NCBI GenBank assembly: GCA_030018905.1
Contig: JASEHJ010000001.1
Coordinates: forward strand, 1-61,686
Direction of reading: 5' to 3'
Source: a bacterium
Lineage (GTDB): Bacteria > Sysuimicrobiota > Sysuimicrobiia > Sysuimicrobiales > Humicultoraceae
DNA: 61,686 nt
Shown here in pieces: positions 52,422 through 61,409 of the stretch (the stretch's first letter is position 1; each line of letters starts with the position of its first letter). Both the position numbers and the translations under genes were made by a program. The notes under the pieces were generated by a model. That model had not been told where the DNA came from, searched no databases, and was given only the letters and a program-made list of their open reading frames with translations.

Positions 52422-54008
52422 ATGGCAGCTTCAATTGAGAACCGGGGTGGGATGGAGCGCAACGAGGTCCTCGATACGGTTGCGGGTGCATGCTGGCGCC
52501 TGGCCGCGCGCCGCGCCTGGCTCTGGAGCGGACGGGCTTCCCTGAGTTGGATCCTCGCAGTGCTGGCGCTCGTGCTTGCGCGCACCGTGATCCCGTTCAC
52601 CCTGCCCTACAACCTGCTGTGCGGACTGGGGCTGGCTGTCGGCGTGTTCACATTCTTGCTGCTGTTCGCCGCCTGGCGCGTGCCGCCCCTGATAGCCGCG
52701 CAGATCCTGGACCATCGGTTCGAAGGCGCAGACCGGATGGCGACCGCGGTTGAGGTGTTGGCCGGAACACACCCGCCCACGGCCCTTTCCTCCGCGGTGG
52801 TGGCCGATGCCGCGCGCTGGGCAGCGGTTCGCTCACCCGCGCGGAGCATAGGGTGGCTGCCCGGCCGCCCGATGTTGGCAGCCGTTGGGCTGGCCGCGGT
52901 TACGGTCGCGGCCGGTGGGTTGCTTACCGGGGTTTCGGTGCCCGGGACGCCTGCGCGCCAGGTGGCCCAGACCATCCGCCAGGAAGGCCGCCGGATTGAG
53001 CGGACGGCCGATGCGATGGGCAGCCAGGCGCGTCTCGACCGTGCTCGGGCCTCCCGGCGTATGGCAGGTTCGCTCCGGCGTTTGGGCGAGGACCTTCAGC
53101 GCGAGAGGCTGGATCGCTTCGGGGCCCTCTCGCGCATCGAATCGTTAGGCCGCGAGATCGAGGCCGCCCGCAGGCAGGTGCGGGCAAGGCGCGAGCAGTC
53201 AGGAGAAAGGCCGGCCACGCCCGATCCGCTCCTGCCGCAGCAGCTCTTCCGCCAGCGCGCCGCCCTGGACCGGACGATCAGGCAGTTCCAGGAGATTGCC
53301 GAGCGGCTGGCGCAGAACCCCTCACCCGATGAGCGCCGTTCCTTGATGCGCCAGCTCGAAGCCCTCTCTGAGGGTGGGAGCGAGGGGGAGGTTCCAACTC
53401 GCGGGCGAGAGCAGGCAGCGGCGGCCCGGCGGCAGGCAGCCGCCGGGAACACCGCTGGGGCCAGGCAGGCGCTGCGGCAGGGCGCGATGGACCTGGAGGA
53501 TCTTCGGGCGATGCTGGCCGACGAAGAGGGATTGACGCAGGCGCAGCGCGATCTGCGCAGGTCCGCGGACCGGATAGCACGAGGCGGAAGCGGCGCGCCT
53601 CCCCAATCAGAAGCGCCACCTCAGGCCGCGCTGCAGCCGGGCGGCGCGGCGCCAGGGCGGCGGCAGCTCCAGCAAGGAGAGGGACCGGCCGAACAGGAGC
53701 CGCCTCCGGGTCCCAATCAGGGGACTACCGCCGGGCAGGGTGCGGCTCAGGACAGGCTGGGAGAGCGCACTCCCCGACTGGAGGGCGAACGCCCTCAGAC
53801 CCGCATACGTGGGATGCAGGGCGAGGGCCGCGCCGCGACCTCGGACATGCTGGGACCCGGCAGGCAAGGGCAGGTGCGGGCGGTGCCGGGGCGCTCGGGC
53901 GGGGCGGTGCGCACTGAGGCCGACCGCTACATGTCGCGCATGCGCATCCCACCGGAATACCGTGAGATAGTGCGCAGATACTTCGAGGCGCTGGCCGGGC
54001 CCCGATAG
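52422..54008 (+). CDS. Membrane-anchored coiled-coil / low-complexity protein (DUF4175-like) with C-terminal PPEYREIVRRYF motif
   Basis: Three to four N-terminal TM helices, a long R/E/Q/A-rich region, a G/P/Q-rich region, and the conserved-looking tail ADRYMSRMRIPPEYREIVRRYFEALAG. Confidence 0.5.
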   Translation: MAASIENRGGMERNEVLDTVAGACWRLAARRAWLWSGRASLSWILAVLALVLARTVIPFTLPYNLLCGLGLAVGVFTFLLLFAAWRVPPLIAAQILDHRFEGADRMATAVEVLAGTHPPTALSSAVVADAARWAAVRSPARSIGWLPGRPMLAAVGLAAVTVAAGGLLTGVSVPGTPARQVAQTIRQEGRRIERTADAMGSQARLDRARASRRMAGSLRRLGEDLQRERLDRFGALSRIESLGREIEAARRQVRARREQSGERPATPDPLLPQQLFRQRAALDRTIRQFQEIAERLAQNPSPDERRSLMRQLEALSEGGSEGEVPTRGREQAAAARRQAAAGNTAGARQALRQGAMDLEDLRAMLADEEGLTQAQRDLRRSADRIARGGSGAPPQSEAPPQAALQPGGAAPGRRQLQQGEGPAEQEPPPGPNQGTTAGQGAAQDRLGERTPRLEGERPQTRIRGMQGEGRAATSDMLGPGRQGQVRAVPGRSGGAVRTEADRYMSRMRIPPEYREIVRRYFEALAGPR

Positions 54009-54038
54009 ACGGCCGCGCGAGGACGAGGAGACGATCCA

Positions 54039-55034
54039 TTGATGGATGCCGCTACGTTCCGGACCACCTTTGCCGCGATTCGCCGCGAGATCCAGCGGGT
54101 CATAGTTGGGCACGAGACGTTGGTCGAGCACGTGCTGTACGCGATGTTCGCCAACGGCCACGTGCTGCTGGAAGGCGTCCCCGGGTTGGGCAAGACGCTG
54201 TTGGTCAAGACGCTGGCCCAGTGCCTGGATCTGCGCTACTCGCGGATACAGTTCACGCCCGACATGATGCCCGCGGACATCATCGGCACGAACGTGGTGG
54301 TGCAGGACGCGGACGGCCGCCGCTACTTCCAGTTCCAGCGGGGGCCCATCTTCTCACAGATCGTGCTGGCAGACGAGATCAACCGCGCCACCCCTAAGAC
54401 GCAGTCGGCGCTGCTGGAGGCGATGCAGGAGCGCAGCGTCACGGCGCCGGGCGGTCCGTATGCGCTGGAGGAGCCGTTCCTGGTCCTGGCCACCCAGAAC
54501 CCGATCGAGATGGAAGGGACCTACCCCTTGCCCGAGGCGCAGATTGATCGGTTCATGTTCAAGCTCAAGGTGGAGTCCCCCACGCTACGCGAGCTACTGG
54601 AGATCATGGACCGGACAACAAGCTCGGTGCCGCCGGTCCCCAGCGTAGTGGCAACCGGCTCTGAGATCAAAGCGATGCAGGCGCTGGCGCGTGAGGTGCC
54701 CGCGGCGGACCACGTCCGGCTGCTGGCCGCCAGGCTGGTGCGTGCCACCCATGCCGGCGATGAGGCGGCAGGTTCCCTTGCCCGCCGCTTTGTCCGCTAC
54801 GGCAGCAGTCCGAGGGGGGCGCAGGCGCTGCTGCTTACGGCCAGGGTGCGCGCCCTGGCCGAGGGAAGGGTCAACGCCAGCACAGAGGACATTCAGGCCG
54901 TTGCCCCGGGCGCGCTGCGACACCGCCTCATCCTGAACTTCGAGGGGGAGGCCGAAGGGGTGGATCCCGACGAGGTGATCCGCAGCATCCTGGCCGAGGT
55001 CCCGCCGACCCCGGCCGCCTCCTGGAGTCCATGA
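54039..55034 (+). CDS. MoxR-family AAA+ ATPase
   Basis: VLLEGVPGLGKT Walker A, ILADEINRA Walker B, and the YPLPEAQIDRF and SPRGAQALL sensor regions. ATG 54042 is an alternative to TTG 54039. Confidence 0.9.
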   Translation: MMDAATFRTTFAAIRREIQRVIVGHETLVEHVLYAMFANGHVLLEGVPGLGKTLLVKTLAQCLDLRYSRIQFTPDMMPADIIGTNVVVQDADGRRYFQFQRGPIFSQIVLADEINRATPKTQSALLEAMQERSVTAPGGPYALEEPFLVLATQNPIEMEGTYPLPEAQIDRFMFKLKVESPTLRELLEIMDRTTSSVPPVPSVVATGSEIKAMQALAREVPAADHVRLLAARLVRATHAGDEAAGSLARRFVRYGSSPRGAQALLLTARVRALAEGRVNASTEDIQAVAPGALRHRLILNFEGEAEGVDPDEVIRSILAEVPPTPAASWSP

Positions 55035-55918
55035 CCGAGACGCCGCTGTTGCTCGAACCGGAGTTCCTGGCGCGGCTGGAACGCCTGACGCTGCGCTCGC
55101 GCCGGTTGTACCGGAGCGGAATCCGGGGCGAGCGCCGCAGCGCGACGATGGGTCGCGGCGTGGAGTTTGCCGATTATCGGCCATACCAGGTCGGCGACGA
55201 CTTCCGGTACGTGGACTGGAACATCTACTCGCGCCTGGACCGCCTCTTCGTCAAGCTTTTCAGCGAGGATGAGGACGTCAGCGTGCATCTGTTCGTGGAC
55301 TCCAGCCGGTCAATGGGATGGGGACAGCCTTCCAAGCTGGACTACGCGATCAGGACCGCGGCCGCGCTCGGCTACATCGGGCTGGCCAACCTGGACCGCG
55401 TGGGAGCGGTGGCCTTCAGCGACCGTGCGGTCCGCACGCTGGCGCCGCGCCGGGGCAGGTCGGGCGTCCTTGCCCTCTTCCGGTTCCTTGGGGGTATGGT
55501 CCCCTCCGGCACTAGCGATCTTGCATCCGCGCTGGAGGAGTATGCGGTTCGCACCCGGCGGCGCGGGATCCTGGTCGTGATCTCGGACCTGATGTTCCCG
55601 GGCGGGGTGGAGACCGGATTGCGTCTGGCCAGATACCATCGCTTCGAACCCTTCCTCGTTCACCTGCTTTCCGATGCCGAGCTGGTCCCGATCCTCGAGG
55701 GCGACCTGCGCCTGGTGGACAGCGAGACCGGCTCCGCGGTGGAGGTCACCGCGGATGCGGCATCTGCGGCGGCCTACGCGCGCGCACGGGACATGTACTT
55801 CGATGAGATCGAGCGGACCGCCCTGAAGCTTGGGGTGGAGTACCTGCGCGCGGCCACCTCGATTCCTTTCGAGGACCTGGTGCTCCGTTACTTCCGTAGG
55901 GGAGGACTCATAGCCTGA
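55031..55918 (+). CDS. DUF58-domain protein (degenerate VWA, MoxR partner)
   Basis: GRGVEFADYRPYQVGDDFRYVDWN is the DUF58 signature. ATGA overlap with the MoxR gene. Confidence 0.85.
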   Translation: MTETPLLLEPEFLARLERLTLRSRRLYRSGIRGERRSATMGRGVEFADYRPYQVGDDFRYVDWNIYSRLDRLFVKLFSEDEDVSVHLFVDSSRSMGWGQPSKLDYAIRTAAALGYIGLANLDRVGAVAFSDRAVRTLAPRRGRSGVLALFRFLGGMVPSGTSDLASALEEYAVRTRRRGILVVISDLMFPGGVETGLRLARYHRFEPFLVHLLSDAELVPILEGDLRLVDSETGSAVEVTADAASAAAYARARDMYFDEIERTALKLGVEYLRAATSIPFEDLVLRYFRRGGLIA

Positions 55919-58900
55919 TGGTACTGGGCGCGCCCGCGGCGCTCTGGTGGCTGATCCTCGTCCCCCTGGTGACCCTGCTCTACATGCTGCGGGCGCGCCG
56001 GGAGCCCCGAGTGGTTTCCAGCACGCTGCTGTGGGAGCGCGCAGCACGCGATCTGGTGGCCCGGATGCCGGTGCGCCGGTTCGAGCGCAACCTGCTCCTG
56101 CTGATTCAGGTGCTGGCGCTTGCCCTCCTGGCGCTGGCGCTTGCCCGGCCTTCGATTGCGCTCCACGGCCTGTCCGGCAGCGGGGTGGTCCTGGTGGTGG
56201 ACACCAGCGCCAGCATGCAGGCGACAGACGTCCAGCCCAGCCGCATGGCCGCGGCGCAGCAGGAGGCCAGGGCGTTGCTGGTCGGGCTCGCCCCTCGCCA
56301 GCCCGTTGCGCTCCTCGCGGCAGGCGCCCGCCCTGTTCTGCTTGTCGAGCTCACAACCGACCGCGCCGCGCTGGGGAGGGCGCTGGACAGCCTGAGGGCA
56401 TCCGATGCCGGGGACTCGATCGCTGAGGCGCTGGCGCTGGCCGGAAGCCTGCGCGCGCACGGACGCGCTGCTACGGTGCACCTCTTCAGCGATAGGTCTC
56501 CGCCAGACCCGCAAGTGCGCTGGCACCGCATCGGGCATGGGGCGCCCAACGCGGCGGTGACCGCGGTGCACGCGCGCACCGACGCACTGGGCCAGACGCG
56601 TCTGCTGGTGAGGGCCGAGGCATTCGGAGGAAGCTTCCCTGATCGGGCGCTGGTGGTTGCGGTCGGCGGACAGACCGTCGCCCGCCAAACCCTGGGTCTC
56701 GTTCCCGGTGCTCCCCGGACCGCGGTCTTCGACCTGGGGGCGATCAGCGGGGAGGTTGCGGTTTCGCTTGAGGGTCACGACGCGCTGGCCGCGGACGACC
56801 GGGCCGTGGCGGCAGTCGGCCGGGAATGGCTGCCGCGGGTGCTCGTGGCCGGCGAGGACAACCCGGCGCTGGATGCGGCCCTGCGGGCGGTGCCCCTCGC
56901 AGGGGTCTCGCGCACCGAGGGGGTTGCGCCCTCGGAGTGGGGAGGGGCCGACGTCGTTGTACTCGACGGCGTGCCGCCGATCGAACTGGCTCCGGGTGCC
57001 TACCTGCTGATAGGTACCGTCGGTGTCAACCTGCCCGTGCGCATCGAGGGTGACGCCACCGAGCAGGTAGTGCGCACGGTGTCCGCCACCCACAGGGTGA
57101 CGCGGATGGCCGATCTGCGCGGCGTCCGCGTGGGTGAAGCCATGGCGCTCCGGCCTCAGGCCGGCACCGTGCTGGCCGAGGGCGACGTACCGCTGGTGTG
57201 GGCCTACGAGGGACGGGGCATCCGTGCCGTGGTTCTCCCGTTCTCGCTGGCAGCGAGCGATCTTCCATCTCACGCCGCTTTTCCGGTGCTGATCGCCAAC
57301 GCCCTGGACTGGCTTGCGGGCGGCGGTTTGTCCCTTGCGCCCGGTGCCGCGCCGGTGGCGCTGGCCGGCCCCTGGCGTCAGGCCTGGCTGCACGATCCCG
57401 CCGGCGGCACTAGGCAGGTGCTCGCCAGGGACGGCATGTTCATGCTGCCGCCGTTCGAGCGCGTGGGTGCCTACCGCCTCCGAACCGACGGCTGGGAACG
57501 GCGCTGGGTGGTGCCCGCGGTGGATAGACGCGAGTCTGAACTCGCGGTCGCGCCTTCCCCCATCAGCACCACGGCGGCGTCGGAGCGACTTCCGGCCCAA
57601 GTCCCGTTGGCGCGGTGGCTGCTTGGGCTCGCAGCAGCCCTGATCGCCGCGGAGTGGTGGCTGTGGATCCGCCGCCTTCCGCCCCGGCCGCGCCGGCGGA
57701 GGAGCCTGGTGGCCCTCCGGATGGGCGTGATCGCGCTTCTGGTGATGGGCCTCGCAGGGATCGAGATCGCATCCGCGGTGGGAGATCTGACGGTGATCCT
57801 GGCGGCCGACCGCTCCGACAGCATTGGGCCGGCGGGCGCGCGACGCATGCGCGCGTTCCTGGACGAGGCACGGTCCCGTGCGGGTCCTGGCCTGCGCGTG
57901 GGACTGGTGACCTTTGGATCCGATGTCGTACTGGAAGAGGCGCCGTCCGAGCAGCCCAGGCTGGCAATGGCATCGCGGCCGCGCACCGATGGTACCAACA
58001 TCGCCGCGGCTATCCAGCGTGCCATCCCGGCCTTCCCCGCAGGGGCCGCGCGCCGGCTCGTGCTGCTGACCGACGGCCAGGTCACCGCAGGAGATCTGGC
58101 GCCGGCACTCTCTCAGGTTCGGGCCCGAGGCGTCGAGCTGGTCGTGGCGCCGATGGCGCCCGACCCTGCGCCCGACGTTCTGGTCGAGGAGGTCACGGTG
58201 CCGGCCCAGGTATCGGTGGGTGAGCGGGTGCCGGTTGCCGTGACCCTGCGCGCATCCGCTCCGGCCGAGGCCGAGTTGCGCGTTCGGGCCAATGGAGTTC
58301 TGCTGCTTGCGCAGGATGTGAATCTGCGCACAGGCCGCACCGGCGTGGACCTGGAGGTATTGGCCACGCAGCCCGGGCTGCTCCGGATAGACGCGACTAT
58401 CGAGGCATCCCCGGACGCCGAACCAGGAAACAACCGGGCGTTCGCGCTCGGCCTGGTCTCGGGAGGGCCATCGGTCATCTATGCCGGCACGCCCGCAGGC
58501 CCGCTGGCAGCCATGCTGGAGTCGCAGCGGCTATCCGTGCGCAGGCTCTTGCCTGCCCAGCTTCCTGGGTCCGCGGCAGGGTACCACGGAACCGCGGCCG
58601 TTGTGCTCGACGACGTGCCGGCCTACCTGCTCTCTCCCCGGCAGATGGTCGCCTTGCGCGACTTCGTCCGGATCGGCGGCGGAGGGCTGGTGGCGGTGGG
58701 CGGCACCCAGAGCTTCGGCATCGGCGGGTATGCCGGGACCCCGCTGGAGGAGGCGCTTCCCGTCAGCATGGACGTGCGGCACCGCTTAGCGATACCGACG
58801 ATGGCCGTGGTCCTGGTGCTCGATGCCTCCGGGAGCATGGGAGGTTTCGGCAACGAGATGGCCAAGGTGGAACTGGCCAAGGAAACCGCTCAGTCGGTGG

Positions 58901-60357
58901 TAGACCTGCTGGGAGAGCGCGACTTGGTCGGTGTCCTGGCGTTTGATCAGGCGCCCCGCTGGCTCGTGCGACCCACGGCCGTCTCACAGCGTACGCAAAT
59001 CCTGGAAGCGGTGAGCCGCATCCGCGCCGGAGGCGGCACCAACCTTTATCCCGCGCTGGTGGCGGCGCGCGATGCGTTGCGGAGGGCGGAAGTCAGGGTC
59101 AAGCACATCATAGTGCTGTCGGACGGGCAGACCGATCCCGGCGACTTCCGCGGTCTTACCACCGCGTTGGCCTCCGAGCGAATCACGGTGAGCACGGTCG
59201 CCATCGGCCGAGACGCCGACATCGAGATCATGCGCAGTATAGCTGGATGGGGCCGCGGCCGGACATACGTTGCCCATGATGCCTACAGCATCCCCAGGAT
59301 CCTCGCGGCAGAGGCGCTCCTGGCAACACGGTCGTACGTGGTGGAGGAGCGCTTCATCCCCCGCGTCGCGGGCACCTCGGCGCTGGTTGCGGATCTGGGA
59401 CCGATGCCGCCGCTGCTGGGCTACCTTGCGACGGTGCCCAAGCCGTCAACGGAGGTGATCTTGACCTCCCACCAGGACGATCCGATTCTGGCGGCATGGA
59501 ACTACGGCGTTGGACGGGCCGTGGCGATCACGACCGACGCGCGGTCTCGGTGGACCGCTCCCTGGAGCGGCTGGAATGGCGCGGTGCGGTTCTGGTCCCA
59601 GGCGGTGCGGTGGGCGATGAGCCGCCAGATCGGATCGCTGGACGTTCACGCTGAAACGGTTGGAGAGCGGGTACGCGTCGTGCTCGACGCGCGCGCCACC
59701 GACGGCTCTCCCTACATGGGCTGGGAGGCCGCCGTGACGCTTGCCGGCGAGTACGGCGAGGTGGGGGAGTCTCCCCTCGTTCAGACCCGGCCGGGTTGGT
59801 ACGAGGCCGACCTTCCACTTCCGCCGCCAGGGGCGTATCTCGTCAGGGTGGCCGCGTCCGAAGGCGGCCGTCAGACGGGTCGGTTCGCGCTCCCGCTGGC
59901 GGTGCCGTACTCGCCGGAGCTCCGGCAGGTTGGGCTGAACCGTGCGGTGATCGCGCACATGGTAGAGGCGGCAGGCGCGCGTGTCGTGGCGACGCCCGCT
60001 GAGGCTCTGGCGCCTCCGCTTTCTCCCGAGCGCAGGTCAAGGCCGCTGTGGCCCCTCTTCGGTGCCATGGCAATGGCAGGGTTTGCGGTCGAGGTGGCGC
60101 TTCGCCGCATCCCGGCAATCGGACAAAACCTGGGGCGCCTGGCGGCGATGGCAGCGGCTGGTGTAAGGAAAACACCGGCCCCCGACGATGCTGAGTATGA
60201 CGCCGCCGATCGGTGGCGCATCGAGAACGAGGCCGAGGCGGCGGCGCGCGCAGCCTCTATGGAGACGGCGGCCCGCCTCTACATAGCCCGGCTGCGCCGC
60301 CAGCGCACCCAATGGGAAGAGCCCGTAGATGACCGGACCCCGGAAGGAAGGTCGTGA
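55918..60357 (+). CDS. 1479-aa membrane protein: BatA-type N-terminal double-TM domain plus three VWA domains interleaved with GATase1-like modules
   Basis: N-terminus LWWLILVPLVTLLYMLRARREPRVVSSTLLW (aerotolerance-regulator N-terminal pattern). Three intact MIDAS DxSxS motifs: DTSAS (56200-56214), DRSDS (57808-57822), DASGS (58822-58836). The third VWA also has GGGTNLYPAL and VLSDGQTD. Further TM pairs lie near aa 565-620 and aa 1377-1397. Confidence 0.8.
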   Translation: MVLGAPAALWWLILVPLVTLLYMLRARREPRVVSSTLLWERAARDLVARMPVRRFERNLLLLIQVLALALLALALARPSIALHGLSGSGVVLVVDTSASMQATDVQPSRMAAAQQEARALLVGLAPRQPVALLAAGARPVLLVELTTDRAALGRALDSLRASDAGDSIAEALALAGSLRAHGRAATVHLFSDRSPPDPQVRWHRIGHGAPNAAVTAVHARTDALGQTRLLVRAEAFGGSFPDRALVVAVGGQTVARQTLGLVPGAPRTAVFDLGAISGEVAVSLEGHDALAADDRAVAAVGREWLPRVLVAGEDNPALDAALRAVPLAGVSRTEGVAPSEWGGADVVVLDGVPPIELAPGAYLLIGTVGVNLPVRIEGDATEQVVRTVSATHRVTRMADLRGVRVGEAMALRPQAGTVLAEGDVPLVWAYEGRGIRAVVLPFSLAASDLPSHAAFPVLIANALDWLAGGGLSLAPGAAPVALAGPWRQAWLHDPAGGTRQVLARDGMFMLPPFERVGAYRLRTDGWERRWVVPAVDRRESELAVAPSPISTTAASERLPAQVPLARWLLGLAAALIAAEWWLWIRRLPPRPRRRRSLVALRMGVIALLVMGLAGIEIASAVGDLTVILAADRSDSIGPAGARRMRAFLDEARSRAGPGLRVGLVTFGSDVVLEEAPSEQPRLAMASRPRTDGTNIAAAIQRAIPAFPAGAARRLVLLTDGQVTAGDLAPALSQVRARGVELVVAPMAPDPAPDVLVEEVTVPAQVSVGERVPVAVTLRASAPAEAELRVRANGVLLLAQDVNLRTGRTGVDLEVLATQPGLLRIDATIEASPDAEPGNNRAFALGLVSGGPSVIYAGTPAGPLAAMLESQRLSVRRLLPAQLPGSAAGYHGTAAVVLDDVPAYLLSPRQMVALRDFVRIGGGGLVAVGGTQSFGIGGYAGTPLEEALPVSMDVRHRLAIPTMAVVLVLDASGSMGGFGNEMAKVELAKETAQSVVDLLGERDLVGVLAFDQAPRWLVRPTAVSQRTQILEAVSRIRAGGGTNLYPALVAARDALRRAEVRVKHIIVLSDGQTDPGDFRGLTTALASERITVSTVAIGRDADIEIMRSIAGWGRGRTYVAHDAYSIPRILAAEALLATRSYVVEERFIPRVAGTSALVADLGPMPPLLGYLATVPKPSTEVILTSHQDDPILAAWNYGVGRAVAITTDARSRWTAPWSGWNGAVRFWSQAVRWAMSRQIGSLDVHAETVGERVRVVLDARATDGSPYMGWEAAVTLAGEYGEVGESPLVQTRPGWYEADLPLPPPGAYLVRVAASEGGRQTGRFALPLAVPYSPELRQVGLNRAVIAHMVEAAGARVVATPAEALAPPLSPERRSRPLWPLFGAMAMAGFAVEVALRRIPAIGQNLGRLAAMAAAGVRKTPAPDDAEYDAADRWRIENEAEAAARAASMETAARLYIARLRRQRTQWEEPVDDRTPEGRS

Positions 60358-61409
60358 AATCGTTGATGCCGGACCTCCCGGCAATGCACCCAGTACACCG
60401 GCGCTTCCCCGGCACCGGTGTTTCCGACGCCGAGGAGGCGACTCACCAGGCGCTGGCGCGCCTGGAGCTGAACCCGCGGATCAAGGGGAAGCGCATCGCG
60501 CTGACCGCGGGCAGCCGGGGGATCGCCCAGATCGCGGTTGTGCTGCGGGCCGCGGTGGACCACGTGCGTCGCTGCGGGGCCGATCCGCTGGTCGTGGCCG
60601 CCATGGGCAGCCACGGCGGTGGCACAAGCGAGGGGCAGCGCCGGTTGCTTGCGCATCTGGGCATTACCCAGGAAACCGTAGGTGCACCGATCTCGACGCG
60701 CATGGAGACCGTGGTCATCGGGCACACGCCGGATGGCCTGGCCGTGTACTGCGACCGCGTCGCCGCCGGCTGCGATGGGATCCTGGTGATCAACCGCATC
60801 AAGCCCCACACGATCTTCTTCGAGCCGTTCGGTAGCGGTCTCATTAAGATGCTCGGGGTCGGCCTCGGCAAGGTGGAGGGCGCAACGCAGATTCACCGGC
60901 AGGGGCTGACCGCGCTGCCCGGCGCGATCCGCGCGATGGCACAGGTCTACCTCGATCGCGGCATGGTGGTGGGAGGACTGGCCGTTGTTGAGAATGCCCG
61001 CGACGAGCCCGCGATCGTCGAGGCGCTCTTCCCGCACGAGATGGTGGAGCGGGAGATGGCGCTGTTTGCCAGGGCGCGCGAGATGATGCCGCGCCTGCCC
61101 GTGGAGGAGATGGATGTCCTCGTGGTGGACCAGGTCGGCAAGAACTTCTCCGGCACCGGGATGGACCCCAATATCATCGGGCGGATGCGCATCCCCGGAC
61201 TACCGGAGCCCGCTTCTCCCCGGATCGGCCGCATAGTGGCCCTACGCCTCTCGCCCGAGTCCGAGGGCAATGCCAATGGCATTGGTCTTGCCGACCTTAC
61301 CACGCAGCGTCTGGTGGACGCCATTGACCGTGAGATCACCAACCTGAACGCCATTACGAGCACATTCATACCCGAATCCGGCGTGAAAAATGCTCAAATT
61401 CGGAGTTGA
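60354..61409 (+). CDS. LarA-like (lactate-racemase N-terminal / DUF2088) domain protein; 3' end possibly replaced by IS sequence
   Basis: GKRIALTAGSRGIA, VAAMGSHGGGT and INRIKPHT...GSGLIKMLGVGLGKVEGA patterns recalled from LarA-like families. GTGA overlap with the giant VWA gene. The ORF runs into the low-GC IS end. Confidence 0.55.
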   Translation: MKSLMPDLPAMHPVHRRFPGTGVSDAEEATHQALARLELNPRIKGKRIALTAGSRGIAQIAVVLRAAVDHVRRCGADPLVVAAMGSHGGGTSEGQRRLLAHLGITQETVGAPISTRMETVVIGHTPDGLAVYCDRVAAGCDGILVINRIKPHTIFFEPFGSGLIKMLGVGLGKVEGATQIHRQGLTALPGAIRAMAQVYLDRGMVVGGLAVVENARDEPAIVEALFPHEMVEREMALFARAREMMPRLPVEEMDVLVVDQVGKNFSGTGMDPNIIGRMRIPGLPEPASPRIGRIVALRLSPESEGNANGIGLADLTTQRLVDAIDREITNLNAITSTFIPESGVKNAQIRS

